Source of the DNA: Candidatus Woesearchaeota archaeon
Lineage (GTDB): Archaea > Nanobdellota > Nanobdellia > Pacearchaeales > GW2011-AR1
Reading direction: 5' to 3'
Assembly (NCBI GenBank): GCA_964465625.1
Contig: CAYXIC010000001.1
Span: forward strand, 1-43,550
Length of the DNA stretch: 43,550 nucleotides
The position numbers and the translations under genes are program-made. Shown here in pieces: positions 29,136 through 39,071 of the stretch. Numbering within the stretch: position 1 is the stretch's first letter; each line of letters starts with the position of its first letter. The notes beneath the pieces were generated by a model. The model did no database searches and was not told where the DNA came from. It saw only the letters and a program-made list of their open reading frames with translations.

Positions 29136-31853
29136 ATGCCTGAACAAAAAGAATCTTTTACTTTCAAAATTCCAGAAGGATGGGAAAAAAGCAAAAATTG
29201 GGTTTATATCTCCTTGGTTTTGCTGATAGTCATCATAATTCTTGGAGTTTACATAAGAACGGTCAACATACCCAACTTAAAGGACATAACTACGGGAGAT
29301 TACACTCTCGGTCCTGATCTTGACCCTTTTCTTTATCTGAGGCTTGCCGGATACATAATTGAAAACGGCTCGCTCCCGTTTCCGGATGAAGCGAGGTACC
29401 TTGGGCTGGGCTTCTTCTACAAAAACCTCATGTCCTTTTACGTGGCTTATTTTTACAAGTTTCTTTCCCTCTTTTCCGACAAAATCACTTTGGAATACGC
29501 CGCGATAATCTTTCCCGTTGCTGCCTTCGGATTGAGCATAATTGTCTTCTTCTTTTTTGTAAGGGAGGTTTTTCACGGGAGAAGCGAGTTCGAGAAAAAT
29601 TCAATTGCCGTTTTGTCCTCCCTGCTTTATTCCGTGGTGCCGCAAATGCAGCACAGGACTGCCGCAGGAATACCTGAGCTGGAAAGCGCGGGATTGGTTT
29701 TCTTTTGGCTCTCCTTTTTCCTTTTTTTGCGCGCATGGAACAGCGACGGCAAAAATTTCTTGGGCGTTAACAGAAGGTATTTTTTTGGTTTTTTGGCGGG
29801 CTTGTCTACCTCAATGATGGTTTACACATGGGGCGGATTCAGGTTTATTTTTCTGAGCATCGCGCTGGCTACAATGGTTGCGTTTTTTCTCGGAAAAGTC
29901 AAAAAAGAGGAGTCCATTGTCTACGGGTTGTGGTTTCTGCCGTCATACTTGACGCTTATCTCGTGGCAGGGCCTCTCGGCAACGGTTTTTGACATTACAA
30001 CCTCTGTCCCGGCATTTTTTGTGCTGGTCCTTGTGTTCGCAAACGTGCTTTTCGGGAAATTTCTTGGAATAAAGGCAAGAAGCATTATTAAAAGGGATTG
30101 GTTTTCCGACGAGATTTCGTGCTTTTTTGCAGTGGTTTTGCTTGGCTTTCTGGCGTTGCTATTAATCAAGCCGGGTTTTGCATTAGGGCTGTTCGGTGAC
30201 TTTTTGGGCCGCCTTATTCACCCGTATGGCAGTGGGAGGGTTGGCCTAACTGTTGCTGAAAACCTTGAACCTTATACATCTGACTTGATAAACAGCCAGT
30301 TTGGAAAGCCGTTTTTCTGGATGATGTTTTTTGGGGTAATAATGATTTTTTACGACACAATCAGGCATTTCAACAAAAAACATAAGGCAATCCTTTTATC
30401 TTCATTTTTATTGTTTATGACTGCATTTATCTTTTTTAGATACTCTCCAAACAGCCTTTTCAACGGCGTGAATTTTGCAAGCCAATTGTTTTATTTTGGG
30501 TCAATAGTCATATTCCTGCTTTCTGCAATGTATGTCTACATAAAAAATTCAAAAAATGACGAAAAATCTGGTGAATTGGCCAACATCAATTATAACTGTT
30601 TATTTTTATTATCCTTAACTTTCTTCATGATCCTGGCTTCAAAAGCCGCGATAAGATTGATTTTTATTTCAACCCCTGTCTTCACGGTTTCGGTTGCATT
30701 TTTGCCGGTGATTTTTATTTCATACTGGATAAAAACAAAGGATGACCTTTGGAAAGTTTTGCTTTTAATTTTCATACTTGTCAGCGCCTTCTTTTTTGTA
30801 AAGACATTTATAAGCTATGAAAAAACAACGCTTTACAGCACTTATGGAACAGTCCCTTCGCAGTATACAATACAATGGCAGAAGGCTATGTCCTGGGTTA
30901 GGGCAGAAACCCCTGAAAATTCGGTTTTTGTGCATTGGTGGGATTACGGATACTGGGTGCAAACAATTGGCCAAAGACCTACAGTCACGGACGGGGGGCA
31001 TTTAATAGGTTATTGGGACCACCTTACAGGGAGATACCTCCTTACAACGCCGTATCCCGAAACAGCACTAAGCATAATGAAAACATACGGCGTTTCCTAT
31101 CTATTGATTGATTCTACAGACCTTGGAAAATATCCTGCATACAGCACGATTGGCAGTGATGAAACCAACGGTGACAGGGCTTCACAAGTTATTCTGACAG
31201 TCGTAAATCCAAGTCAGACCCAGGAAACCCAAAACGAGACCATAAGGGTTTATCAGGGGTTAGGGCCTGTTGATGAAGACATTATTTACGGAGAAGAAAA
31301 TCAAAAGGTGTTTTTGCCAAAGGGCAAGGCAGTTTTTGCGGGAATGATAATAAAGAGCTCGTTAAATCAAGATGGAATTTCATTTCTCCAGCCGACGGGG
31401 ATTTTTGTATATAACAACAGGCAGGTGAACATACCTGTAAGATACCTTTACTACGGCGAACAGGTCAATGACTTTGGCGGCGGCCTTGATGCAATAATTC
31501 AAATAATCCCAAAGATGGACCAAAACAATCAGCAGATTAACTTGGACAATCTTGGCGCGGCAATTTACCTATCTCCAAAAGTTTCTAAAAGCCTTTTCGC
31601 CCAGATTTACCTGCTTGGCGATCCATTCAATAAATACCCTACGGTAAAACTGACCCATTCTGAAAATGATCCTTTAATTGAAAGTTTAAACTCACAAGGG
31701 GCAAACATCAGGGATTTTGTCTTCTTTAACGGATTCAGGGGACCTATAAAAATATGGAAAGTTGATTACCCCTCAAACATACTGGAAAGGGGAGAATTTC
31801 TGGAAACAGATGGCGGCTACGCAGAACTTGATGGTCTACAGTTTACAAGATAA
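29136..31853 (+). CDS. aglB: archaeal oligosaccharyltransferase AglB (STT3 family)
   Basis: 905 aa. A multi-TM N-terminal half precedes the soluble C-terminal domain. WWDYG catalytic motif at 30936-30950 (HWWDYGYW). Confidence 0.9.
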   Translation: MPEQKESFTFKIPEGWEKSKNWVYISLVLLIVIIILGVYIRTVNIPNLKDITTGDYTLGPDLDPFLYLRLAGYIIENGSLPFPDEARYLGLGFFYKNLMSFYVAYFYKFLSLFSDKITLEYAAIIFPVAAFGLSIIVFFFFVREVFHGRSEFEKNSIAVLSSLLYSVVPQMQHRTAAGIPELESAGLVFFWLSFFLFLRAWNSDGKNFLGVNRRYFFGFLAGLSTSMMVYTWGGFRFIFLSIALATMVAFFLGKVKKEESIVYGLWFLPSYLTLISWQGLSATVFDITTSVPAFFVLVLVFANVLFGKFLGIKARSIIKRDWFSDEISCFFAVVLLGFLALLLIKPGFALGLFGDFLGRLIHPYGSGRVGLTVAENLEPYTSDLINSQFGKPFFWMMFFGVIMIFYDTIRHFNKKHKAILLSSFLLFMTAFIFFRYSPNSLFNGVNFASQLFYFGSIVIFLLSAMYVYIKNSKNDEKSGELANINYNCLFLLSLTFFMILASKAAIRLIFISTPVFTVSVAFLPVIFISYWIKTKDDLWKVLLLIFILVSAFFFVKTFISYEKTTLYSTYGTVPSQYTIQWQKAMSWVRAETPENSVFVHWWDYGYWVQTIGQRPTVTDGGHLIGYWDHLTGRYLLTTPYPETALSIMKTYGVSYLLIDSTDLGKYPAYSTIGSDETNGDRASQVILTVVNPSQTQETQNETIRVYQGLGPVDEDIIYGEENQKVFLPKGKAVFAGMIIKSSLNQDGISFLQPTGIFVYNNRQVNIPVRYLYYGEQVNDFGGGLDAIIQIIPKMDQNNQQINLDNLGAAIYLSPKVSKSLFAQIYLLGDPFNKYPTVKLTHSENDPLIESLNSQGANIRDFVFFNGFRGPIKIWKVDYPSNILERGEFLETDGGYAELDGLQFTR

Positions 31854-31935
31854 TTTCATCTAATCAAAATTTACTGCAAATATCTTACAAATCTTAAATT
31901 ACGTTAAAAATAAACATAATCTGCAATTTCATAAT

Positions 31936-31943
31936 CTTTAAAA
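31936..31943 (+). promoter_or_regulatory. TATA box, leaderless-type spacing
   Basis: CTTTAAAA ends 23 nt before ATG 31966. This supports that start over the TTG at 31948. Confidence 0.4.
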
Positions 31944-31965
31944 CGCCTTGATTTTAGAATTATCA

Positions 31966-33078
31966 ATGGAAAAAAGCCATTCGGGCATTGTAATATCCAT
32001 CGGAACCAAGGCAGAGCTTATAAAATGCATGCCAATTATGCTTGAGCTGCAAAGGCAAAAAAAAGATTATTGGTTCTTGCACACCGGTCAGCACAGTCTC
32101 AAGGATGCTTGTGAAAAGTTTGGCATAAAAAAACCCAACTTCATTTTAAGCCGCGCCCCAAGGGAAAACAACACAAAATTCTGGTCAAAAATAAACAAAT
32201 CCTCGGTGATATGGATTTTCAGGACAGTCCGAGATATTAAAAAAGTCATTAATAAGATTTCCCCAAGATATGTTATATACCATGGGGACACAATGAGCAC
32301 ACTTGCAAGTGCTGTTGCAACCTCCAAGATAATGAACCCGGGGAAAAAATGGAAAAATGTGCATTTAGAGGCGGGACTTCGCTCGGGAAGTTGGTTTGAG
32401 CCTTTTCCAGAGGAGATCTCAAGGAAGGTTTCAGACATGTTTTCGGACATTTTGCTTGCTGTATCTGATTTAAGCGACAAGAATCTCCATAATTACAAAG
32501 GTAAAAAAGAGATAATAAAAATTGGAAATACAATTATTGATTCTGCTGGCTTAGCTTACAAGAAATCTAAAAAAATGCATAAAAAAGGGAGGAGCAATTA
32601 TGCCTTGATAAACATGCACAGGCACGAGAATCTAAGGTCAAAGAAGAGGATGAAGATAATTGTCAGGATATTAAGCCATATAAAAATAAATGTGATATGG
32701 CCTTTGCATGACAATACAAGGCATTATCTTGAAAAATATGGATTAATTGAAGAAATTGAAAAAATGAAAAATATAAAAATAACCCCCTTGTTTGATTACT
32801 TCAAGTTTGTTTCCCTTTTGGCAGATTGCAGATATCTTGTCTGCGATGGCGGGAGCATACAGGAAGAAAGCCTGATTTTCAAAAAACCATGTTTGATACT
32901 GAGAAAAAAAACAGAGAGGCAGGAGGGTTTAACTACGGGAATTAATTTTATGACCATGAACGTTAATAAGGGAAAAGAAATTGTGGAAAAAATGGAAGCG
33001 GGTATAAAGGTTAAAAGCTTCGCCAATCCCTACGGAAAAAATGGCCTAAGTAAAAAAATAATTGAAATTTTAACATGA
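31966..33078 (+). CDS. wecB: UDP-N-acetylglucosamine 2-epimerase-like (WecB family)
   Basis: GTKAELIKCMPIMLEL...LHTGQHS..., GT-B-like epimerase pattern. Confidence 0.75.
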   Translation: MEKSHSGIVISIGTKAELIKCMPIMLELQRQKKDYWFLHTGQHSLKDACEKFGIKKPNFILSRAPRENNTKFWSKINKSSVIWIFRTVRDIKKVINKISPRYVIYHGDTMSTLASAVATSKIMNPGKKWKNVHLEAGLRSGSWFEPFPEEISRKVSDMFSDILLAVSDLSDKNLHNYKGKKEIIKIGNTIIDSAGLAYKKSKKMHKKGRSNYALINMHRHENLRSKKRMKIIVRILSHIKINVIWPLHDNTRHYLEKYGLIEEIEKMKNIKITPLFDYFKFVSLLADCRYLVCDGGSIQEESLIFKKPCLILRKKTERQEGLTTGINFMTMNVNKGKEIVEKMEAGIKVKSFANPYGKNGLSKKIIEILT

Positions 33079-33632
33079 AAATCCTAGACATTGGATGTGG
33101 AAACGGCAAATTTAAGGCTGAAGATCCCTTGGATGTGGTGATAGGGCTTGATTCTGTAAAATTAAATGGTGTTGATGTCGTTCATGATTTGGAAAAAACA
33201 CCACTGCCTTTAAAAAATAATGAATTTGACATGGTAATTGCATATCACGTCCTTGAGCACATCCGCAACTTCGTGCCTTTAATGAAAGAAATATGGAGAA
33301 TAACAAAAGAAAACGGTGTTGTAAAGATAAAAACCCCTTTTTACTCCTCTTGGGGCCAATTTAACGACCCCACCCATGTAAGGTTCTTTACACCGTTTAC
33401 GTTCAGTTATTTTGAAGGTGAAAACATATACTCTCACGAAGTAAAAAAACCAGGCAAAAAAGTTAATTTCAGGGTCGATAAAGTTAAAATAAATTTTGGA
33501 ATAGGAAAGTCAAGCATAATGAACAAGATTTTCAATCCTTTGCTAAACCTGAACCACAGGTTTTACTGCAGGTTTTTCGCATGGATATTTCCCGCGGCAG
33601 AGATAGCATTTGAATTGAAGGTTTTAAAATGA
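33075..33632 (+). CDS. class I SAM-dependent methyltransferase
   Basis: KILDIGCGNG motif I and DMVIAYHVLEHI. ATGA overlaps with both neighbours. Confidence 0.75.
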   Translation: MKILDIGCGNGKFKAEDPLDVVIGLDSVKLNGVDVVHDLEKTPLPLKNNEFDMVIAYHVLEHIRNFVPLMKEIWRITKENGVVKIKTPFYSSWGQFNDPTHVRFFTPFTFSYFEGENIYSHEVKKPGKKVNFRVDKVKINFGIGKSSIMNKIFNPLLNLNHRFYCRFFAWIFPAAEIAFELKVLK

Positions 33633-34777
33633 GAAAGATAAAGGTTTACCTGCAATATCCATGGAAATTTCCAGACAGCCCATATTACAAATATCTTGTT
33701 GACAGCCCTCCGAAAGGAATTGAGTATGTTAATGTTGAAAAACAAAAAGGGGTCATTACAAATAAAAGGGTTTTGTGGCTGTCAAATTTTTTAAAAAAAA
33801 GCATCAGATTTTTCATAGAAAAGCTAAAATTGCCCGTTATAAATGCGCATTTAACAAAAAGCGAAAAAGATTTGGATTTGATTCACTGCGCACATTGCCT
33901 TAGCTTAAACAAAAACAGGCCGTGGGTGGCTGATTTTGAATCACTGTGGCAGCTTTACTTTGGCAAGAGAACAAAAATGGCAAAGGAAAGGATAAAAAAG
34001 ATTTTTAGCGATAAAAAATGCAAAAAAGTCATGGTTTGGACTGAAAGGATAAAAAGAGATTTCGAGGAAGAATTTCCAGATGTGAAAAATAAGATAGAGG
34101 TTGTTTATCCAGCCGTCCCATTACAAAAAATCAGAAAAACAGGGCATAAAGGAACCAATCTTTTATTCGTTGGAAGATCATTTTATGAGAAGGGGGGTTT
34201 GGACGCATTAAAGGCTATTGACTATTTAACAAAAAACCACAAAAATGTCGAAGCAACCATAGTGTCAAAAACACCTAAAGAAGTAATAAAAAAATACTCT
34301 GAAAACAAAAAAATAAAATTTTTTGATTTGGTAGAAAAAGAAAAGCTGATAGGAATATATTCACAAACGGACATTTTTGTGTATCCAGGATATACGGACA
34401 CTTTTGGCTTTGGGATACTTGAATGTATGTCCTTCGGGATACCGTCAATAAGTGTGAGTGGTTTTATTGGCAGGGATTCGAAAAAAGAGTTGATCAATAA
34501 CGGGGCAAACGGTTTTTTAATAAGCACCCCAAAAAATTTTAATCTAGGAAAACTTAAATTTTCATTTGGCCAGTTGGTTTTGCTGTCAGAGGCGGAAACC
34601 AGAGAAAATCCTAAGATAATAAAAGAGTTAATTAAGAAAGCTTCGGCGATGATAGAAAATAAAAAAATTAGAGACAAAATGTCAAAAAATTGCATAGAAA
34701 CAATCAAAAACGGCAGGTTTTCCATAATGGAAAGAAATAAAAAATTAAAGAGGATATACGGAGAGGCTTTAAAATGA
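33629..34777 (+). CDS. GT-B glycosyltransferase (GT4-like)
   Basis: NLLFVGRSFYEKGG...DIFVYPGYTDTFGFGILECMSFGIPSIS...NGANGFLI has the typical GT4 C-terminal domain with E-x7-E-like region. Confidence 0.75.
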   Translation: MRKIKVYLQYPWKFPDSPYYKYLVDSPPKGIEYVNVEKQKGVITNKRVLWLSNFLKKSIRFFIEKLKLPVINAHLTKSEKDLDLIHCAHCLSLNKNRPWVADFESLWQLYFGKRTKMAKERIKKIFSDKKCKKVMVWTERIKRDFEEEFPDVKNKIEVVYPAVPLQKIRKTGHKGTNLLFVGRSFYEKGGLDALKAIDYLTKNHKNVEATIVSKTPKEVIKKYSENKKIKFFDLVEKEKLIGIYSQTDIFVYPGYTDTFGFGILECMSFGIPSISVSGFIGRDSKKELINNGANGFLISTPKNFNLGKLKFSFGQLVLLSEAETRENPKIIKELIKKASAMIENKKIRDKMSKNCIETIKNGRFSIMERNKKLKRIYGEALK

Positions 34778-36039
34778 ACAAGTCTTTTGAGATCAGTTTG
34801 TGCAGGTCATGCGGTTCTGAAAACTTAAGTCCAGTATTGTCTCTTGGAAAACAATACGTAACAAATTTCATAGAATTAAAGAGCGATCAAGAAGGTATAC
34901 CGAATGTTCCATTAGAAATTGTTCTTTGCGAAAATTGCAAGCTATTGCAGCTAAAGCACAATGCCCCTTCAGAGTCAATGTGGGGCGGCCAATACTGGTA
35001 CAAGTCAGGAATAAGCTCCACAATAAAAAACGACTTGAAAGACATTGTTGATAAAGTTAAATTTCTTGTTGACCTTAAAAAAGGGGATATTTTAGTTGAT
35101 ATAGGTTGCAATGACGGTACCCTTATGGATTTTTATGAAAAAGGCAAAGGTTTGAACGTAGTCGGGTTTGAACCTTCGAAAAATGTGGCTTTTGAGGCAA
35201 CGGTAAAGGGCCATAGGATTATCAATGATTTTTTCAACGCAGAGAAATTCAAGAAGGAATTTGGGGGTAAAAAAGCGAAAATCATCACTGCAATATCCAT
35301 GTTTTACGATCTTGAAAATCCAAATGAATTTATGGAGGACATTTTGGAATGCCTGGATGACCAAGGGTTGCTAGTAATTCAGCAAAACTATCTTTTGTCA
35401 ATGCTTGAGCAGAATGCTTTTGATAACATATGCCATGAACATAGGGAATATTACTCCTTGATATCCCTAAACAACCTACTGAAAAAATACGGGTTAGAAA
35501 TCTTTGATATTTGCGAAAGCGGTATCAACGGCGGAAGCATAAGGACATATATAAAAAAAATTGGCAATATAACATTGAAAGGCTTTCCAGGGGCAGAAGA
35601 CAGGATAAAAAAAGCCATGCAAAGAGAAAAAGAGATGGGGCTTGATTCATTAAAACCATATAAGGAATTTGCATCAAGAATTAACGGCATAAAGGAAAAA
35701 TTGGTGGGTTTTCTAAAACAAGAAAAGGCAAACGGAAAAAAGATATGGGTTTACGGGGCTTCAACAAGAGGGAATGTTATCCTGCAATATTTTAAGCTTG
35801 GGCCAGAGATAATTGACTGCATTGCCGACATGAACAAGGATAAGTGGGGAAAGAAAACAGTCGGCAGCTTTATCCCAATAGACTCTCCGGAAAATTTCAG
35901 AAAGGCAAATCCAGATTGCCTTCTTGTGAATACATGGCATTTCTTTGATGAAATAATGGGGCAGGAAAAGGATTATTTTGACAAAGGGGGAATATTCATA
36001 GTTGCCCTTCCGGAATTCAAGGTTATTGGTAAGGATTAA
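34774..36039 (+). CDS. NDP-hexose C-methyltransferase family protein (TylCIII-like)
   Basis: N-terminal CRSCGS...CENCKLLQL zinc ribbon, SAM motif ILVDIGCNDG, then a C-terminal Rossmann-like domain (KIWVYGASTRGN). This domain order is typical of sugar C-methyltransferases. Confidence 0.7.
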   Translation: MNKSFEISLCRSCGSENLSPVLSLGKQYVTNFIELKSDQEGIPNVPLEIVLCENCKLLQLKHNAPSESMWGGQYWYKSGISSTIKNDLKDIVDKVKFLVDLKKGDILVDIGCNDGTLMDFYEKGKGLNVVGFEPSKNVAFEATVKGHRIINDFFNAEKFKKEFGGKKAKIITAISMFYDLENPNEFMEDILECLDDQGLLVIQQNYLLSMLEQNAFDNICHEHREYYSLISLNNLLKKYGLEIFDICESGINGGSIRTYIKKIGNITLKGFPGAEDRIKKAMQREKEMGLDSLKPYKEFASRINGIKEKLVGFLKQEKANGKKIWVYGASTRGNVILQYFKLGPEIIDCIADMNKDKWGKKTVGSFIPIDSPENFRKANPDCLLVNTWHFFDEIMGQEKDYFDKGGIFIVALPEFKVIGKD

Positions 36040-37160
36040 TTCTTGTTATTTAAATAAAGGTATAATTTCTTATACTTTTTTGCCACCACAGACAGCCTAT
36101 TCTCCTTGAAATATCTACCGCATTCTTCAACAATTTTTTTGTAATTTTTTGGTTTCATTGACTGCTTTATAATTTTAGGATATTCGGAATCTTTTTCAGC
36201 TATTTTTACACATCCATAATCCTTTGAGATTTCATTAAAGAATTTTACATTACTTCCAATTACCGGTTTGTTTGCCGCCATCGAATGGGCAAATATTCCG
36301 CTTCCATGCCCAACCCTGTAAGGCAAAAGGACCAGGTCTGCGGCTGCAAAATATTTCCACCAAACAGGGTTTTTATCCGTTATTTTTTCGCTTACGTCAA
36401 AACGCACGAATTTTTCAAAATGATTTTCCTTGACAATTTTTTTATTATTTTCGAGATATGCCCTTGTCCTCTGGCTGTTTCTGTCATTTACCGAGCCAGG
36501 ATTTGCAACAACCAAAATCGTTTTCCCTATCTTGTCTGCCTGCCTTATGATTATATCGTGTCCGTGGTCTGGAATCATGCTTCCCATCAACAAATAAACA
36601 TTGCCTGAAAGCCTCAATTCTTTTCTTATTTTTTGTTTGCTATACTTTGGCAAACCTTCAAGGATTCCTTGCGGAAAAACAACTATTTTGCTTTTGTTTA
36701 CCCCATACTCCCTGGATAACGTTTCTTTTAAGAAATTTGTGTGCACCACAATCATATCTGAAAAAAGACCGATTATTCCGTTTTGTGCCATATATAGCAA
36801 TTTTCTGAAAAATGTCTTGGTTTTTTTCTCCCTGAATTTTTCTTTTAATGATAGTACGGTGTGCATTGTCACAACAAGCTTATTTTTCTTGAAAATTCCC
36901 AAGTATAAAAAAACCCAAAAAAAGGGCAGCCCGTATTTTCCAAGAAGATTATACTCGTGTTGGAGATGTATTAGATCGTATCTTGATAATTTTGAGAGAT
37001 TCTTAAATAATGTTAGTGGTTTTCCGGCAGAATAGTTAAAACCATTTATATCAACGCCTTGTTTTTTAATGATGTCCATTAAAGTGGAAGAATATCCTGA
37101 TATGGCCCTTTCAGATTCCCTTGTAGGAAAAACCATCGCCGCCCTAATTCTTTTCTTCAT
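36036..37160 (-). CDS. GT-B glycosyltransferase (GT4-like)
   Basis: Two-domain GT-B pattern (HLQHEYN..., VYLLMGSM...ADLVLLPYRVGHGSGIFAHSMAANKPVIGS). Overlaps the upstream SDR gene by 17 nt, so the two form an operon. Confidence 0.7.
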   Translation of the reverse strand: MKKRIRAAMVFPTRESERAISGYSSTLMDIIKKQGVDINGFNYSAGKPLTLFKNLSKLSRYDLIHLQHEYNLLGKYGLPFFWVFLYLGIFKKNKLVVTMHTVLSLKEKFREKKTKTFFRKLLYMAQNGIIGLFSDMIVVHTNFLKETLSREYGVNKSKIVVFPQGILEGLPKYSKQKIRKELRLSGNVYLLMGSMIPDHGHDIIIRQADKIGKTILVVANPGSVNDRNSQRTRAYLENNKKIVKENHFEKFVRFDVSEKITDKNPVWWKYFAAADLVLLPYRVGHGSGIFAHSMAANKPVIGSNVKFFNEISKDYGCVKIAEKDSEYPKIIKQSMKPKNYKKIVEECGRYFKENRLSVVAKKYKKLYLYLNNKN

Positions 37161-38190
37161 AAAAATCCAAAATTTCCTTTATTTTGCTAATAGTGTCTTT
37201 TGAAGATTCTTCCTTTAAGCCCTCGAACATTTTTTCCCTCCAGTATACTATCGCCTTCCTCAATCCGTCTTCGGGCGTAACTGTTTGCCTCCAACCAAGG
37301 ATTCTCTTTGCCTTTGAAGCATCCAAAGAAAGGTACGGCTGATCGGATGCAAGCGGCCTGTGAGGGTATTTTGGGGGATATTCCCCGAAATGCAATTTTC
37401 CCATTGGAAATTTGAGCTCTTCGGCTATTTTTGAGACCCACTCCCTATTTGTATATCCCCTACCTCCGGAAATGTTGAACACCTGACCTTTTGCCTCTGG
37501 AACAGACATCGCAAGAACGTATGCATTGACATGGTCATCAACATAGATGTAATCCCTTACTGAATTTGGCGCGCCTATGAATATGTCCTTTCCGCTTAGC
37601 ATTTCTGTGATGATATACTCTGTAAAAAAACTTTTGTCGTAATTTCTTCCGAAGGTGTTGGATGTCCTCATTATCACCACATTGAAATTGTACACTTTGT
37701 GGAGCATTCTTGCATACATGTCCATTGCAGCCTTGCTCACTGCATACGGGCTTGAAGGCTCCAGCCTTAAATCCTCTGTGAACGGCCTGTTATATTCCTG
37801 AATTCCGTAAACTTCGGCCGTTGAAGCCACTATAAGCCTGACTTTTTCAGGGCCGTAAAGCTCAAGCAGTGATTCTGCAATGTTCAAAGTTCCAATGTAA
37901 TTTACATCCTGAAAGCTAAATGGATTCTCAAAGCTTAGCCTTACAGGGGACAAGGCTGCAAGATGAAAGATCATTTCTGGTTGAGCCTTCTTTATTACCC
38001 TTCTAACGGAATGAAAATCCCTTATGTCGCAGGTTATGAGAGTTATTCTGTCTAAAATTCTCTCCAATGCGCTCAAATCACGGCCCACAACATGCTGAAC
38101 AATTCCGAAAACCTCATGTCCCTGCTCCAGAAGTCTGTGCGCGAGATTGGCGCCTATAAATCCTGTTATTCCCGTGATAAGGACTCTCAT
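37144..38190 (-). CDS. NAD(P)-dependent sugar epimerase/dehydratase/reductase (extended SDR)
   Basis: MRVLITGITGFIGANL (GxxGxxG) and catalytic YAVSK (YxxxK). Confidence 0.8.
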   Translation of the reverse strand: MRVLITGITGFIGANLAHRLLEQGHEVFGIVQHVVGRDLSALERILDRITLITCDIRDFHSVRRVIKKAQPEMIFHLAALSPVRLSFENPFSFQDVNYIGTLNIAESLLELYGPEKVRLIVASTAEVYGIQEYNRPFTEDLRLEPSSPYAVSKAAMDMYARMLHKVYNFNVVIMRTSNTFGRNYDKSFFTEYIITEMLSGKDIFIGAPNSVRDYIYVDDHVNAYVLAMSVPEAKGQVFNISGGRGYTNREWVSKIAEELKFPMGKLHFGEYPPKYPHRPLASDQPYLSLDASKAKRILGWRQTVTPEDGLRKAIVYWREKMFEGLKEESSKDTISKIKEILDFYEEKN

Positions 38191-38257
38191 GTTTTTTCTG
38201 ACACGGCATCATTTATTAAGATTATTGTAATGAGAGTACATAACTAAGTTTCACAAG

Positions 38258-38265
38258 TTTTAAAA
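38258..38265 (+). promoter_or_regulatory. TATA box, leaderless-type spacing
   Basis: TCACAAGTTTTAAAAGCA. The TTTTAAAA core ends 23 nt before ATG 38288. Confidence 0.5.
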
Positions 38266-38287
38266 GCATAGCTCTTAAGCCATCATT

Positions 38288-39025
38288 ATGGAAAATCAAT
38301 CAAAAGTAGAAACTTTCAAGACAATAATGAATCCTTTTTCAATCGAGTGCGTTGAGGAAGGGACTGATTTGGAAAGTCTAAGATATCTTGGAAGGGGTGA
38401 AAGAAGATACGGCATAGGTAGGCAACTGTTTGATAGGGGCTGCGATGACGCATTGGTTGGTTATGATGATGGGAACGGAAAGGGCATTCTTTTAATTAGA
38501 AGAAACGCAGAGCCTGCCAAAGGATACTTATGGCCTTTGGGGGGCTTTACAGATAGAGGAGTAAGAAAAAAAGACTCGCTTGCCTCTAGAATTGAGAATG
38601 AAAGCGGGTTAAAAATAGACAAAGAAACAATAATTAAAATTGGTGAGGGAAGAATGATTTGGAAAACCACTCCTTACCAACCAGTAAAAGTTACTCCAAA
38701 GATTCGAGATATGATATCTAATTCTGAAACCTCTAAAAAAAGTGTGCAAGAAGTATTAGCGTTACTTCAAAGCGAAGGGATTTATGGAGATGTTTCTAAA
38801 ATGGACATACAATCTTTTGCCGATTTGGTTCAAGAAAGAGATCTTCCATCCGGAATTGACGATTTTGGCAATTTATTTTATGCTGAAGCGACGGGAAATT
38901 TGAAACTGGATTTTTTACATAAGAATCCAGTGGTAGTCACCCCTAAAAAATATAACTATGAGTTCATGAGCACCCTTCATCCATATGTGAAATTAGGTAT
39001 GGATAGGGCTATAAAATTCTTATAG
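38288..39025 (+). CDS. Nudix-fold-like protein with degenerate Nudix box (hypothetical)
   Basis: GILLIRRNAEPAKGYLWPLGGFTDRGVRKKDSLASRIENESGL aligns to the Nudix strand plus box, but several catalytic Glu positions are substituted. Confidence 0.45.
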   Translation: MENQSKVETFKTIMNPFSIECVEEGTDLESLRYLGRGERRYGIGRQLFDRGCDDALVGYDDGNGKGILLIRRNAEPAKGYLWPLGGFTDRGVRKKDSLASRIENESGLKIDKETIIKIGEGRMIWKTTPYQPVKVTPKIRDMISNSETSKKSVQEVLALLQSEGIYGDVSKMDIQSFADLVQERDLPSGIDDFGNLFYAEATGNLKLDFLHKNPVVVTPKKYNYEFMSTLHPYVKLGMDRAIKFL

Positions 39026-39042
39026 ATTCAACTTCCATATTC

Positions 39043-39050
39043 TTTTTAAA
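39043..39050 (+). promoter_or_regulatory. TATA box, leaderless-type spacing
   Basis: TTTTTAAA ends 22 nt before ATG 39072. Confidence 0.4.
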
Positions 39051-39071
39051 TGGTTTTTTTCTAGACATTAA

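Noticed and set aside
31854-31947. Short imperfect direct repeats (CTGCAAAT and CTGCAATT) in the AglB-WecB intergenic region, considered as a possible regulatory or ncRNA element.
   Set aside because: There are only two short degenerate copies in very AT-rich DNA. This is indistinguishable from chance without comparative data.
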